DNA of 64,000 nt, taken from NCBI GenBank assembly GCA_965644295.1, contig CBFFRP010000284.1, positions 62,001-126,000 of the forward strand. Direction: 5' to 3'. The notes under the pieces were generated by a model that worked only from the letters and a program-made list of their open reading frames with translations, had not been told where the DNA came from and made no database searches. The translations under genes and the position numbers were made by a program. Shown one piece after another: positions 27,731-39,740 of this stretch. The stretch's first letter is position 1. Each line of letters opens with the position of its first letter. This DNA is from Paraphysomonas bandaiensis (Eukaryota > Protista > Chrysophyceae).

Positions 27731-29011
27731 TTATCTATACGCCCTCCAAATAATCCAATTCAGTACATCAATTTGTCCTTTTACTTCTGCAGTAGCAATA
27801 CAAGCACGTTCATTCCATGGACATGGAGGGTCCTGTGAAAGGAGCCACTTCAGTACATCCAACTGGCCATAAGCAGCAGCAGCTTTGCAAGTGAATTCAC
27901 CCCATGGACATGGCGGGTCCTGTGAACGAAGCCAATGCAGAACGTCCAAATGGCCAGCACCAGCAGCACCTGTGGAAGTGCTCCCACCCCATGGACATGG
28001 AGGGTCCTGTGAACGAAGCCACTTCAGTACATCCAACTGGCCATTAGCAGCAGCAGCTTTGCAAGTGAATTCACCCCATGGACATGGCGGGTCCTGTGAA
28101 CGAAGCCATTTCAGAATATCCAAATGGCCAGCACCAGCAGCACCTGTGGAAGTGCTCCCACCCCATGGACATGGAGGGTCCTGTGAACGAAGCCACTTCA
28201 GTACATCCAACTGGCCATATGCAGCAGCACGGCAAACGTCTTTATTCCATGGGCACGGAGGGTCGTGTGAACGAAGCCATTTCAGAATATCCAATTGTCC
28301 ACAAACAGCAGCACTTTCACAAGTCGTACTATCCCATGGACATGGCGGGTCCTGTAAACGAAGCCACTTCAGCACATTCAAATGTCCATCAGCAGCCTCA
28401 CTACACGTGAGTTCATCCCATGGACATGGAGGGTCCTGTGAACGAAGCCACTTCAGTACATCCAAATGGCCAGCACCAGCAGCACTCTGACAAGTCATAC
28501 TATCCCATGGACATGGAGGGTTTTGTGAACGAAGCCACTTCAGCACATCTAAGTGTCCATCAGCAGCAGCAGCAGCAGAAGTGTGTTCATCCCATGGACA
28601 TGGAGGGTCGTGTGAACGAAGCCATTTCAGAACATCTAAATGTCCACGACAAGCAGCAGAAAAGCAAGTGTCGTCAGTCAATAAATATAAGTGCATTGGG
28701 TACACCATAAGTGGAGGTGTGTATATGAGGCTCATGATGTATTTCATCTGCTGTAGTCTGCCGTATTCTGCACATGTATTTATGAGCTCAGTATGTGGGC
28801 AGCCCATAGACAGAGCCCATGAGACCATTGAGTTGGTCATACAATAGTGAGATGCATCTGACTCTACTCTCCTCGTATCAGTCATAGCGTGAAATCTCTT
28901 ACAAGTCAACATCACTGGAAGGATAGCTGCGTGTGGGATCATAGAGATGATGAGACGAATCACATCATCATTAAGAACAGATATATTCGACATATATGAA
29001 CACTGATTCAT
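27731..29011 (-). CDS. Intronless F-box-like plus ankyrin-like 'GHLDVLKWLRSQDPPCPW' repeat protein
   Basis: N-terminal LNDDVIRLII...VMLTCKRF (F-box-like); 10 tandem 28-29 aa repeats. Confidence 0.85.
   Translation of the reverse strand: MNQCSYMSNISVLNDDVIRLIISMIPHAAILPVMLTCKRFHAMTDTRRVESDASHYCMTNSMVSWALSMGCPHTELINTCAEYGRLQQMKYIMSLIYTPPLMVYPMHLYLLTDDTCFSAACRGHLDVLKWLRSHDPPCPWDEHTSAAAAADGHLDVLKWLRSQNPPCPWDSMTCQSAAGAGHLDVLKWLRSQDPPCPWDELTCSEAADGHLNVLKWLRLQDPPCPWDSTTCESAAVCGQLDILKWLRSHDPPCPWNKDVCRAAAYGQLDVLKWLRSQDPPCPWGGSTSTGAAGAGHLDILKWLRSQDPPCPWGEFTCKAAAANGQLDVLKWLRSQDPPCPWGGSTSTGAAGAGHLDVLHWLRSQDPPCPWGEFTCKAAAAYGQLDVLKWLLSQDPPCPWNERACIATAEVKGQIDVLNWIIWRAYR
27812..28650. repeat. 84/87-bp coding tandem repeat array
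   Basis: Recurrent CCATGGACATGG(A/C)GGGTCCTGTGAACGAAGCCA; a near-exact 174-bp two-unit duplication (27887 vs 28061). Confidence 0.95.
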
Positions 29012-29448
29012 CGTTTATATGACTAATAGACATATACATATATATATATGGGGTGTGTTATTAACATATCCATATATCGACCCAGCAGTGAAGTGTCGAA
29101 GAAGGAAAATTTCTTATATCCTTTTTACGCACATCTATCTTCTATGTACATATCTGCCTATACTATATACTGTTATACGGATTGTATACGTATACATATG
29201 TACAGTACACTGTACATATAATTAGTGAAAAATTAGAAGAACCTTCACCAATGCTTTGAAAATAAGGATTTTGTGTTCGGCTTTGGGGTGAAAATTGAAG
29301 TTTTTATACGTTCCTGGTAGCTTTCATACATACAACTGTAGTTGAAATGTTCTTGTGTAAAACTCCCCACTGGAAGTATAGTAGATATATATATATATCA
29401 CATATCACTCTTACTATCCGTGATACAAACACTAAGAACATTCAGTTA

Positions 29449-30245
29449 ATGAATCCAGGTGTTGTTAAAGTTGGGGCCTGTGGTCATCTTGAAAAAGATG
29501 GTCTCCCGCAGGCGGTGGCTGAGTATGTGGATGATGATATGTGGTTGTTAATTGTCAAGAAGATCAACGCATCCACTACTCAACAGTCTGTTTGCAACTT
29601 ACTAGGATGTATTATATGCCTTCCATGTTATATGATGGCGTATTCCTGTATATATGAAGATCAAGTTAGAACTAACTTGAAGAGGTAAATGGAAAAAAAT
29701 TTACAGTGTGCCGTAATAACTGTACTTATAGAAATATTATTGAGTTAAACGCGGAACTATTCCATGGTGTTCAAGCACTGTCTAACGATAACTTCACTGT
29801 TATGCTAAATTGCAAAGATATCCCTCGGGTGCGAACCACCCTAAAAGAAGCGCAGTCGAATGCGCTCCCTACAGTGACAGCTGAAATTTGTCCCAATGTT
29901 ACTATTCATCCGCAGCCCGGACCTGGGATGTTTCCACCTATGCAGCCGTCACAAGTGTACCCACAACAATCTCCTCAGTACATGTACCCTATGCAGCAGC
30001 CAATGTATCAACAGCAACCAATGCCTCAATTGTATCAACTACCACAGCAAGTCCCACAAATGTACCAACAGCAACCCCTACCGCAAGTGTACCAACAGCA
30101 GCCGACTCAACAAGTGTACCAACAGCAACCCATTCCTCAGGCATATCAACAACAGCCCACTATTCAAATGTACCAACAACAACCACAGTACAACGTCCAC
30201 AGTGGTCCAAGTGACCCGCGGCAAGTTATCCCGGTGAATAACTAG
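29449..30245 (+). CDS. Small protein with a Cys-rich hydrophobic segment and a Q/P/Y-rich repeat tail, 2 exons
   Basis: ATG 29449; intron ~29685-29731; 'VCNLLGCIICLPC'; repeated QVYQQQP. Confidence 0.75.
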
Positions 30246-30428
30246 ATGTAAAGTACATTATACATGGACAAATTTGTTACTATTAGAGTGTGTTTATTGT
30301 TGTGTGTGTCCCTAATTCAGTCTTTATATTCATAATCAGCTCCTAAGTGATTGACAACCTTTAATTGAGGCAACGTATTGGTAAATTGTGAATGTAGATT
30401 TGCTCTTAGAATATTTTTGATGTTGCCT

Positions 30429-31541
30429 GCACGAGCCATGTTCTGAGAGGTTGTAGCCGTAGAAAGCGATGGGTGAGACGAAGTTGTCTGCTGAGGGGAT
30501 AGCACATAGGTGCGGTCAGCGCTGCATTGGTGCAGGCACGTGGTTTAACTGAAGTAGTTGAGTAGGGTGAAGGTTGCAAGGCCAGGCAGGGGGGCTTGGA
30601 GCGTGTACAACATGGTGTGACAGGTAATTTGTCAGAAGCGTGGTGGTCAACAAAATGCAGCAGTAAGGGAGTGTAAAAGGCCCTGGGCACACTGATGTGA
30701 CTCAGCCACAGTCTCAATAGAGACATTGGGCTTGGAGCTGGTTAATAGAGTGAAACTTTATGTTGGACTGTATTTGCCATCGTAGGGCAGAGATTACTGT
30801 ACGTATATATATATGCACACACATATGCATATATACACCCTCTCAATATACGTATATATGTACACATACATATTCATATATATATAATGCCAATACCTAC
30901 GGCACATCTCATTGCTGGTATATCTGTTGCTGTGTATGAAGTGTAACATATATTCATATCAGGGCTATCGTTTGCACTCGTGTCTGTCTTGGGTCCCCTC
31001 TCTATTGCATATATCTCCGCTCCACACCTACACTCTCTCTCCCGGCGGGTGCGGGTATCATACCAGCAAGGGGCAATTGGGTGTGAGTGTACTCCTCTCT
31101 ACAGTCTTTTTTTAATGATATATATATAATGATGTGGCAACAAGAACTCGTAACAAACTATTTGTTACAAGGTGTGCACCAGTTGCATTAGCTGTGTTGC
31201 TAGAGTTGATTTTATTTGTTGAAGTGGTTATATATTAGTTTTTATCATCATGCTTTGTATTCGTTGTAATAATTGTATTCGCTATGGTGATATTATTCGT
31301 TTGTGTATATTTGTTGCATGAAGTATGTTATAGTAGGCACATGACTGTACTGGATGCATCTAGTATTGGTTATATAATATATATTATATTATTACCTCTA
31401 CTACTGTACTACGTTAATAGTTATATTTTTGTTGTTGATGTGATATTATTTGTTTTTTATGCTGATTAAATTAGTTGCCACACACAGAGCTTCACTTCTG
31501 TATGAATACAGTATATGCTTACAACAACGATTAATGAGTTA
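30429..31541. repeat. 1113-bp direct duplication of 35890-37002 (5' part of a family E C/D element plus ~750 bp adjacent DNA)
   Basis: Identical ORF translations at an offset of 5461 bp; ends located by eye. Confidence 0.9.
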
Positions 31542-32230
31542 TACACCGAGACGTAAATACACGTATCAAGGGAATTGTCAAAAGGCCGAGGCTGGGAATA
31601 TGCTTAAAAGCTCGAACCAAACAGAGGCCTCTGGTTACGCTATGTTTTCGTGCAATGGACTCACAACATTATTTGCAGCAATGCACAAGCAATCCCGAGA
31701 CAACTGAGCATTTTGTAATCTGTGTTGTTACCACTAGTCTAGAGTAATAGATAGATAAATGCAATAAGTTCTCTCATGTAATAATCAGATCTTATTATAT
31801 ATGGACTCACAACATGGTAAAACATTAGCATATTTGTAATGTGAAATTAGAATACTGTGAAATTTCTCACTCTTTTCTTTCACACAGTGCTGTGGCTTGA
31901 TTTTGACCTTCCACATGTTGCCGATGTGTGTTTACTCTCTATTACCACCAGCAGCAGTCTCCCAACCATCTTGCCAGCTCTGGCGGTATTTTTGGTGGCA
32001 GGGCCAACGTATTTGTTTATCTGAGGTAGTACTGAGTTAACGTCTCTAGGAGTGAATCTATGCGTTTATCAATCTCAGAGATATTTGGTTCGAAAATGAT
32101 AAGTAATAACGCGACTCATTATCCTGCATCCGATTTGTAGAACAAACGTAATAAATATGTACATAACTTCGTATGGTCTTTGAAACAAGGGTAGAGTGTG
32201 GAAGTGCTGATGGTTTCGTATAATATAGTA

Positions 32231-33940
32231 TATATTGAATGTCTGATTATTTAGCAATAGGCGTTGAAAGCCTGCACCAATTAGTGGCTAGAAGAATGCT
32301 AGTCATACTAGTTAGACTACTACCCGTAACTAATCAATACAAACTCTTTTATCCTACTATTTAACGCTACAGAAGCTGCTTGTGCGTCGCCGCAAGCACC
32401 AAGGTGCAACCACTTCCGTTCTTAGTGTGTGTTATGAGGCTCGCCATGATCGTGTGTCCTGGGACTCACCGGCGCGTGTGATCTGGAGGTCTCCTCTTGG
32501 GATGAGACTCCACTCGCTATATGATAGATAGCCTTATGTACCTCACGGGGACTGACTTATTAGCCTTATGGCAGTTAGGGGAAACAGTAATATGCCCTTC
32601 TGAGATTGGCGATCTGGTGGCCTTCCTTTAGGCATTGTTCCAAGTGGCTCGGAGGTATGTGGATGAAGGTCTTGCAAAAGGTTATGGCCTACTGTGAAGA
32701 AGCGTCGAAATCGGCTCTTTTGCTGTCTTAGCCAGCGGTAGAGAACACATGCAAGAGGGTGTATAGCTGTACAGGGGTGGGATGTGAGGGTCATCCGGTG
32801 TGTCCAGCTACAGGGAGTCGAGAGGGAGTGTGATGGTGCAAGAGAGGCAACATCTGATTGAGGAGAGTGAGACTGCGCAACAGAACAAGAGTCACTGAGG
32901 TCGAGTACTCTGATAGACCTATGCACGAGATGATCGTGATGATGATGATGGTCTGGAGGAGACACTCGGACGTCCTCAGCTGCCCTTGTTAGTGTCTGTG
33001 TTGGTGCAGGGGGGTACAGGCTGAGGCATAGAGAGTGTGTGTAAGGAAGATGACGGCAAGGTATCAGAGACGAAGGGAGAGGCGATAGTTTGTCTGGGGG
33101 TTTTCTAGGAGGAGGCAGAGTGTACTGTGTGTGTGTATGACAGTGCAGCGGTGCTATGAGTGTGTTGGACAGAGAGAGAGAGCTGGTGATGTGTCCAACA
33201 GTACAGGTAGACAGGTACATGGACATGGTGATGTGTCCAACAGTACCGGTATACAGGTACATGGACATGGTGATGTGTCCAACAGCAGTAGAGGTATACA
33301 CGGAATGGTATACATCCTGTAGGACACAGTAGTACAGTAGTCGAGTATACCGTATGCGGAATACAGTGTCTATCCAATGAGATGGATGGGCTGTGGGGGT
33401 GATAGGTGAACAGGGTGAGGGGGTAGCCTGCTGGGTGGATGGACCACAGACAAACCATGTTGGGTTGGGCTGGGTTGTCGTCAGGAGACGGCCCTGTTGC
33501 ACAGTGGAGAGGTGTCGAGAGGAGACAGGGGTTGCAGAGAAGGTACATGGGGGCCGTTTGCGTGGACCTGCTCGCACGAGCCATGCTGTAAGTGGTTGTA
33601 TCCGTAGAGAACCGTGTAGGAGACGAAGGTGTCTCCTTAGGTGATAGCATATGCATGCGGTCAGCGCTGCATTGGTGCAGGCACGTTGTTTAACTGAAGT
33701 AGTTGAGTAGGGTGAAGGTTGCAAGGCCAGGCAGGGGGGCTTGGAGCGTGTACAACATGGTGTGACAGGTAATTTGTCGGAAGCGTGGTGGTCAACAAAA
33801 TGCAGCAGTAAGGGAGTGTAAAAGGCCCTGGGCACACTGATGTGACTCAGCCACGGTCTCAATAGAGACATTGGGCTTGGAGCTGGTTAATAGGGTGAAA
33901 CTTTATGTTGGACTGTATTTGCCATCGTAGGGCAGAGAAT
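32231..33940 (-). mobile_element. Family E copy C (1.7 kb, carries a 442-aa ORF, no RT)
   Basis: 12-bp TSD TATAATATAGTA at 32219-32230 and 33941-33952; tail ATATA; shared 3' module. Confidence 0.9.
32543..33871 (-). CDS. Element-borne ORF, H/T/P/C-rich, with (R/K)PPD motifs; function unknown
   Basis: 442 codons, also open in copy D; no RT or endonuclease motifs recognised. Confidence 0.4.
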   Translation of the reverse strand: MSLLRPWLSHISVPRAFYTPLLLHFVDHHASDKLPVTPCCTRSKPPCLALQPSPYSTTSVKQRACTNAALTACICYHLRRHLRLLHGSLRIQPLTAWLVRAGPRKRPPCTFSATPVSSRHLSTVQQGRLLTTTQPNPTWFVCGPSTQQATPSPCSPITPTAHPSHWIDTVFRIRYTRLLYYCVLQDVYHSVYTSTAVGHITMSMYLYTGTVGHITMSMYLSTCTVGHITSSLSLSNTLIAPLHCHTHTQYTLPPPRKPPDKLSPLPSSLIPCRHLPYTHSLCLSLYPPAPTQTLTRAAEDVRVSPPDHHHHHDHLVHRSIRVLDLSDSCSVAQSHSPQSDVASLAPSHSLSTPCSWTHRMTLTSHPCTAIHPLACVLYRWLRQQKSRFRRFFTVGHNLLQDLHPHTSEPLGTMPKGRPPDRQSQKGILLFPLTAIRLISQSP

Positions 33941-34394
33941 TATAATATAGTAACTGAACATAATAATATGTATGATACTCAATTAAAATCAAAATTGGGA
34001 TAATTATTTCTCATCCTTTATATTGGTGTACTTGTCGCTGCTACCAACCAATATTTAACAATCTTAAATGTTATATAGACATCTTCTTATGCAGTCAATG
34101 TATTTCAGTATATCTAACCTTTAATCATGTAATTTATTTCATTAAGTTCATACAATACGACATCGTTAAGTCTTTAACTACTGCACTCTTCAATAAAACG
34201 AGGACCCCTTCGGGGTTTGAAGGAACATGATCACCTTCTTCTCTACTTGATTTTTAATTGACGATTATAACTCAAAAATCTCACAAAAAAGAAAACTCAA
34301 CATGACGAACGCTTTGCATGCATCCCAATCGTGTGATCAATGCTGTCTACATCAGTGCTTACGCTGCCACTGGAGATGTTGTAGATACTTATTC

Positions 34395-34484
34395 GCCTTC
34401 TTAGGCGTAGTGCCACGTGGCTCGGAGGTATGTGGATGAAGGCCTTGCAACAGTTTTTCGGAATGATCGGTTCTTTTGCTGTCT
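34395..34484 (-). mobile_element. Old degenerate internal fragment of family E C/D type
   Basis: GTGGCTCGGAGGTATGTGGATGAAGG...TCTTTTGCTGTCT matches 32644-32727 with an internal deletion. Confidence 0.7.
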
Positions 34485-34505
34485 GTCTCTAGTAGCCTGG
34501 CTTTT

Positions 34506-36254
34506 ATATTGAATGTCTGATTATTTAGCAATAGGCGTTGAAAGCGTGCACCAATTAGTGGCTAGAAGAATGCTAGTCATACTAGTTAGACTACTACCCG
34601 TAACTAATCAATACAAACTCTTTTATCCTACTATTTAACGCTACAGAAGCTGCTTGTGCGTCGCCGCAAGCACCAAGGTGCAACCACTTCCGTTCTTAGT
34701 GTGTGTTATGAGGCTCGCCATGATCGTGTGTCCTGGGACTCACCGGCGCGTGTGATCTGGAGGTCTCCTCTTGGGATGAGACTCCACTCGCTATATGATA
34801 GATAGCCTTATGTACCTCACGGGGACTGACTTATTAGCCTTATGGCAGTTAGGGGAAACAGTAATATGCCCTTCTGAGATTGGCGATCTGGTGGCCTTCC
34901 TTTAGGCATTGTTCCAAGTGGCTCGGAGGTATGTGGATGAAGGTCTTGCAAAAGGTTATGGCCTACTGTGAAGAAGCGTCGAAATCGGCTCTTTTGCTGT
35001 CTTAGCCAGCGGTAGAGAACACATGCAAGAGGGTGTATAGCTGTACAGGGGTGGGATGTGAGGGTCATCCGGTGTGTCCAGCTACAGGGAGTCGAGAGGG
35101 AGTGTGATGGTGCAAGAGAGGCAACATCTGATTGAGGGGAGTGAGACTGCGCAACAGAACAAGAGTCACTGAGGTCGAGTACTCTGATAGCCCTATGCAC
35201 GAGATGATCGTGATGATGATGATGGTCTGGAGGAGACACTCGGACGTCCTCAGCTGCCCTTGTTAGTGTCTGTGTTGGTGCAGGGGGGTACAGGCTGAGG
35301 CATAGAGTATGTGTGTAAGGAAGATGACGGCAAGGTATCAGAGACGAAGGGAGAGGAGATAGTTTGTCCGGGGGTTTTCTAGGAGGAGGTAGAGTGTACT
35401 GTGTGTGTGTATGACACTGCAGTGGTGTTATGAGTGTGTTGGACAGAGAGAGAGAGCTGGTGATGTGTCCAGCAGTACAGGTAGACAGGTACATGGACAT
35501 GGTGATGTGTCCAACAGTACAGGTATACAGGTACATGGACATGGTGATGTGTCCAACAGTACAGGTATACAGGTACATGGACATGGTGATGTGTCCAACA
35601 GCAGTAGAGGTATACACGGAATGGTATACATCCTGTAGGACACAGTAGTACAGTAGTCGAGTATACCGTATGCGGAATACAGTGTCTATCCAATGAGATG
35701 GATGGGCTGTGGGGGTGATAGGTGAACAGGGTGAGGGGGTAGCCTGCTGGGTGGATGGACCACAGACAAACCATGTTGGGTTGGGTTGAGTGGGCGGCAG
35801 AAGGCAGCCCTGTTGCACAGTTGAGAGGGATCGAGAGTATTCAGTGATTGCATAGGGGGTCCATGGGGGTCGTTTTCGTGAGCCTGCTCGCACGAGCCAT
35901 GTTCTGAGAGGTTGTAGCCGTAGAAAGCGATGGGTGAGACGAAGTTGTCTGCTGAGGGGATAGCACATAGGTGCGGTCAGCGCTGCATTGGTGCAGGCAC
36001 GTGGTTTAACTGAAGTAGTTGAGTAGGGTGAAGGTTGCAAGGCCAGGCAGGGGGGCTTGGAGCGTGTACAACATGGTGTGACAGGTAATTTGTCAGAAGC
36101 GTGGTGGTCAACAAAATGCAGCAGTAAGGGAGTGTAAAAGGCCCTGGGCACACTGATGTGACTCAGCCACAGTCTCAATAGAGACATTGGGCTTGGAGCT
36201 GGTTAATAGAGTGAAACTTTATGTTGGACTGTATTTGCCATCGTAGGGCAGAGA
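34506..36254 (-). mobile_element. Family E copy D (same ends as C, one extra 42-bp repeat, no TSD found)
   Basis: Near-identical to 32231-33938 apart from one divergent block and the repeat number; ORF 34817-36187 (456 aa). Confidence 0.88.
35458..35605. repeat. 42-bp minisatellite (TVGHITMSMYLYTC units); one unit fewer at 33184-33290
   Basis: TGGTGATGTGTCCAACAGTACAGGTATACAGGTACATGGACA repeated ~3.5 times. Confidence 0.9.
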
Positions 36255-37002
36255 TTACTGTACGTATATATATATGCACACACATATGCATATATACACC
36301 CTCTCAATATACGTATATATGTACACATACATATTCATATATATATAATGCCAATACCTACGGCACATCTCATTGCTGGTATATCTGTTGCTGTGTATGA
36401 AGTGTAACATATATTCATATCAGGGCTATCGTTTGCACTCGTGTCTGTCTTGGGTCCCCTCTCTATTGCATATATCTCCGCTCCACACCTACACTCTCTC
36501 TCCCGGCGGGTGCGGGTATCATACCAGCAAGGGGCAATTGGGTGTGAGTGTACTCCTCTCTACAGTCTTTTTTTAATGATATATATATAATGATGTGGCA
36601 ACAAGAACTCGTAACAAACTATTTGTTACAAGGTGTGCACCAGTTGCATTAGCTGTGTTGCTAGAGTTGATTTTATTTGTTGAAGTGGTTATATATTAGT
36701 TTTTATCATCATGCTTTGTATTCGTTGTAATAATTGTATTCGCTATGGTGATATTATTCGTTTGTGTATATTTGTTGCATGAAGTATGTTATAGTAGGCA
36801 CATGACTGTACTGGATGCATCTAGTATTGGTTATATAATATATATTATATTATTACCTCTACTACTGTACTACGTTAATAGTTATATTTTTGTTGTTGAT
36901 GTGATATTATTTGTTTTTTATGCTGATTAAATTAGTTGCCACACACAGAGCTTCACTTCTGTATGAATACAGTATATGCTTACAACAACGATTAATGAGT
37001 TA

Positions 37003-37192
37003 GTAGTGAATGTCTGATTATTTAGCAATAGGCGTTGAGACCTTGCATCAATTAGTGGCTAGAAGAATGCTAGTCATACTAGTTAGACCACTACCCGTAA
37101 CTAATCAATACAAACTCTTTTATCCTACTATTTAACGCTACGAAAGCTGCTTGTGCGTCGCCGCAAGCACCAAGGTGCAACCACTTCCGTTC
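37003..37192 (-). mobile_element. Family E copy F: 3' module only, fused to a copia fragment
   Basis: Interrupts the duplicated flank at GAGTTA (compare 31541); similarity stops at the base of the 3' stem, where copia integrase sequence starts. Confidence 0.85.
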
Positions 37193-38987
37193 AGGAGCAC
37201 GTACTTATACCCTTGTCTGGATTCACAATTGAGATAGACGGAGATGTCCGCTGTTACTCTTTCCAGGAACCTGACTGCGCTTAGCTCTTCGTTGTCCCGT
37301 GATTTGAACGAATGCCTGGTTATCTTCGCCTTGGCACACCATTTACACAGGGGTTTCTTGCAACTCTTCTCCTTTGCCTTCGAAAGGTGATGTCGTTGTA
37401 GTCCTGATCCTCTGAATAACATGTGTCGGTGAGCTTCTATTAACTTCGATTTCGAGACATGTCCAGTACGCTCATGTAAGCGATCCAACGCATCTTGTCC
37501 TGTATTATCCGACAAATTTACCTCCTCCATCTGATTGCACATAGACACATTTGGCAGATTTAACACCTCCATCAAGTCCACATACGGCATTCCTCCATGC
37601 TCATCGTACTCTCCAGTCAACACCTCGTTTCCAGAGTCCAATTCCACGATTTTAGGCTTTCGAAGCAGTTGTAATCCGTATCCCATTGATCTCAGCATTC
37701 CTCCTGACACAATGTTCTTCACCGCTTCTTCACTAACTCTGATGTCTCTCCATTCCCCGAATGTACCAGTTCCCTGTGTCTCCAATTGAGAACCCTTTCT
37801 AGTTAGTTGGATTGCCCCAAACTCAGGAGTAAATGACTCCAGTGCAATTTTATCCTTTACTATAAACAGTCTTTTACTTGCACAACTGTCCAGATATACA
37901 CGAGGTTCTTCCGACGTATCCACCGATAGCAAAACCTCTTCTCCAAACATATTCGCTTCATCATCCGACGACTCTCCGTCGTTGACGTATTTCTTCCATT
38001 CTGTCTCGAATTTCCTGTTCGATTTTCGAGGATTCTCATTATCCGGGTTTTTTATGTTCTTCCGTTTTTTCGACTTGCACTGTCGGGCTTTATGACTAAA
38101 ATCTCCACAGATATGACAACCAGTATAATCCTTTGATCCTGGCTGCTGCACACTCTTCGAAGCCTTTTCCTTTGTCTTCCCTTTTCTTTTGAACTTGTCC
38201 ATTTTTCTTTGTCGTTCCTTAGCATAACAATTCGCTGCTACATGTCCCTTCTTCCGACAAAATGAACAAACCACTGGCTCCTTCGACGCCGTAAAATTGA
38301 TCTCTTCAGATTTGTCTCCCTTTAGTTTCTTCAGCTGCGTCATAGCCTCGTCATACTCTTCACAAGCCTCTTTCACCGAATCAAATGTAGTTGTTGCTTT
38401 AGGCATCATCGCTACCGACATCCATAAATCATGTAATTCCTCTATCTGCAGCGCTGCTTTTATCTTTGCTAATTTACTTGCCTCTGTCTGCGGTTGTCCC
38501 AATTTTATGAGCTTCTGGATTATACCGTTCAGTCGATCTACCCCAACAGACACCTTTTCCCCCGGCCTTATTTTGAACGAATGGTATTCTGCCGTAGTCT
38601 TCTCCAATACAGTCCCAATCTCGCCTCTGAACCTATCAACCAGTGTCTGAAGGAGCTCACTGGATAACACCTCCTTAGCAGGATCATCAGCAGGTAAAAT
38701 TGCCTTCCCCTCCAAATATTGATTGGCTACCTCCAACACATCAGGGTCATGCTCGCAAGCCTCCCAAATAGTACTAACACAGGTATCATTACGCTCTCTC
38801 CATGACTCTAAATTACTATAGTGTACAAACCACCCACTCAGTGATCGTATCCTGTATAGTCATCCACTTCTACTTCAGTTTCATACTACATAATATAATG
38901 TACTAATTACATATATATCTTTCGATCCTTGCATCTCACATAATACTGCACTCAATTGCAAGTATATAGAATCTTCAGATCTCAACA
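37193..38987 (-). pseudogene. Truncated, internally deleted copy of the copia element (partial 5' LTR, gag, protease, integrase N-terminus)
   Basis: Near-identical to 48629-50250 and 50526-50698; a ~275-bp deletion at ~38814 removes U5, the ATG and the PBS; RT/RNase H absent. Confidence 0.92.
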
Positions 38988-39740
38988 TTAAGTTCGGTAT
39001 GAGCATATATAATAAGTGTATTAATTATTTATTCAAAATGCATGACAAATTCTTTAAAATCATTAATATTCATTGTGCAATCATGCCAGAACAATTTCTC
39101 ACCTTTCATCATTACAACAGAACCGAGAGATCTAAATTTTGAATTATCTAATGAATGAAAGAGTCTCATATAAAAAGGATGTTTTTTTCTTTCATACTTA
39201 ATAATTACCTTAAGTAATTACTTCAAGTATTTAATTTTATTATAAGAATATAAATAATATATAAGTAGAAATTAGCGAGAGAGAAAGAATTACAACCGAA
39301 GGTTGTAATTGTAAACTTTCGGAGAAAAAGCCCCAATGAAATGGGGTTTGGGGTTAAAAAAAGACTTGCCGCTCTCCTCCTCCCCGTTTTTTAGGAAACA
39401 CTCTCATTGTAGCAAGCAAGAATAAATAATTGCAATATTTATATATTGTAATATATTGCAATCCATATATTTTTGACTGGCCCAGGTATTTAGCATATTG
39501 AGAAATATGTGACAATATAAGGAAGTAAAACGTTGACGGGTAGACATTCCCTTCAACTTGTAGTTGCATCTTGTGACTGATATCCATTGCCACACCACTC
39601 TTGTTCAACTTAGGTTGCTATCATAGTACACATATAGAAATAAAGGTGATAATGTTCATTACTTCTATCCGAATATAAATAGATCCAACAACCAAATAAT
39701 AGCTCACTGGATATAATGCTACACTACGTATGACACGACA

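Noticed and set aside
27812-28650. CRISPR-like or diversity-generating array; antisense ORFs 27885-28710
   Set aside because: The repeats are in-frame protein repeats of the minus-strand gene, and the + ORFs are shadows
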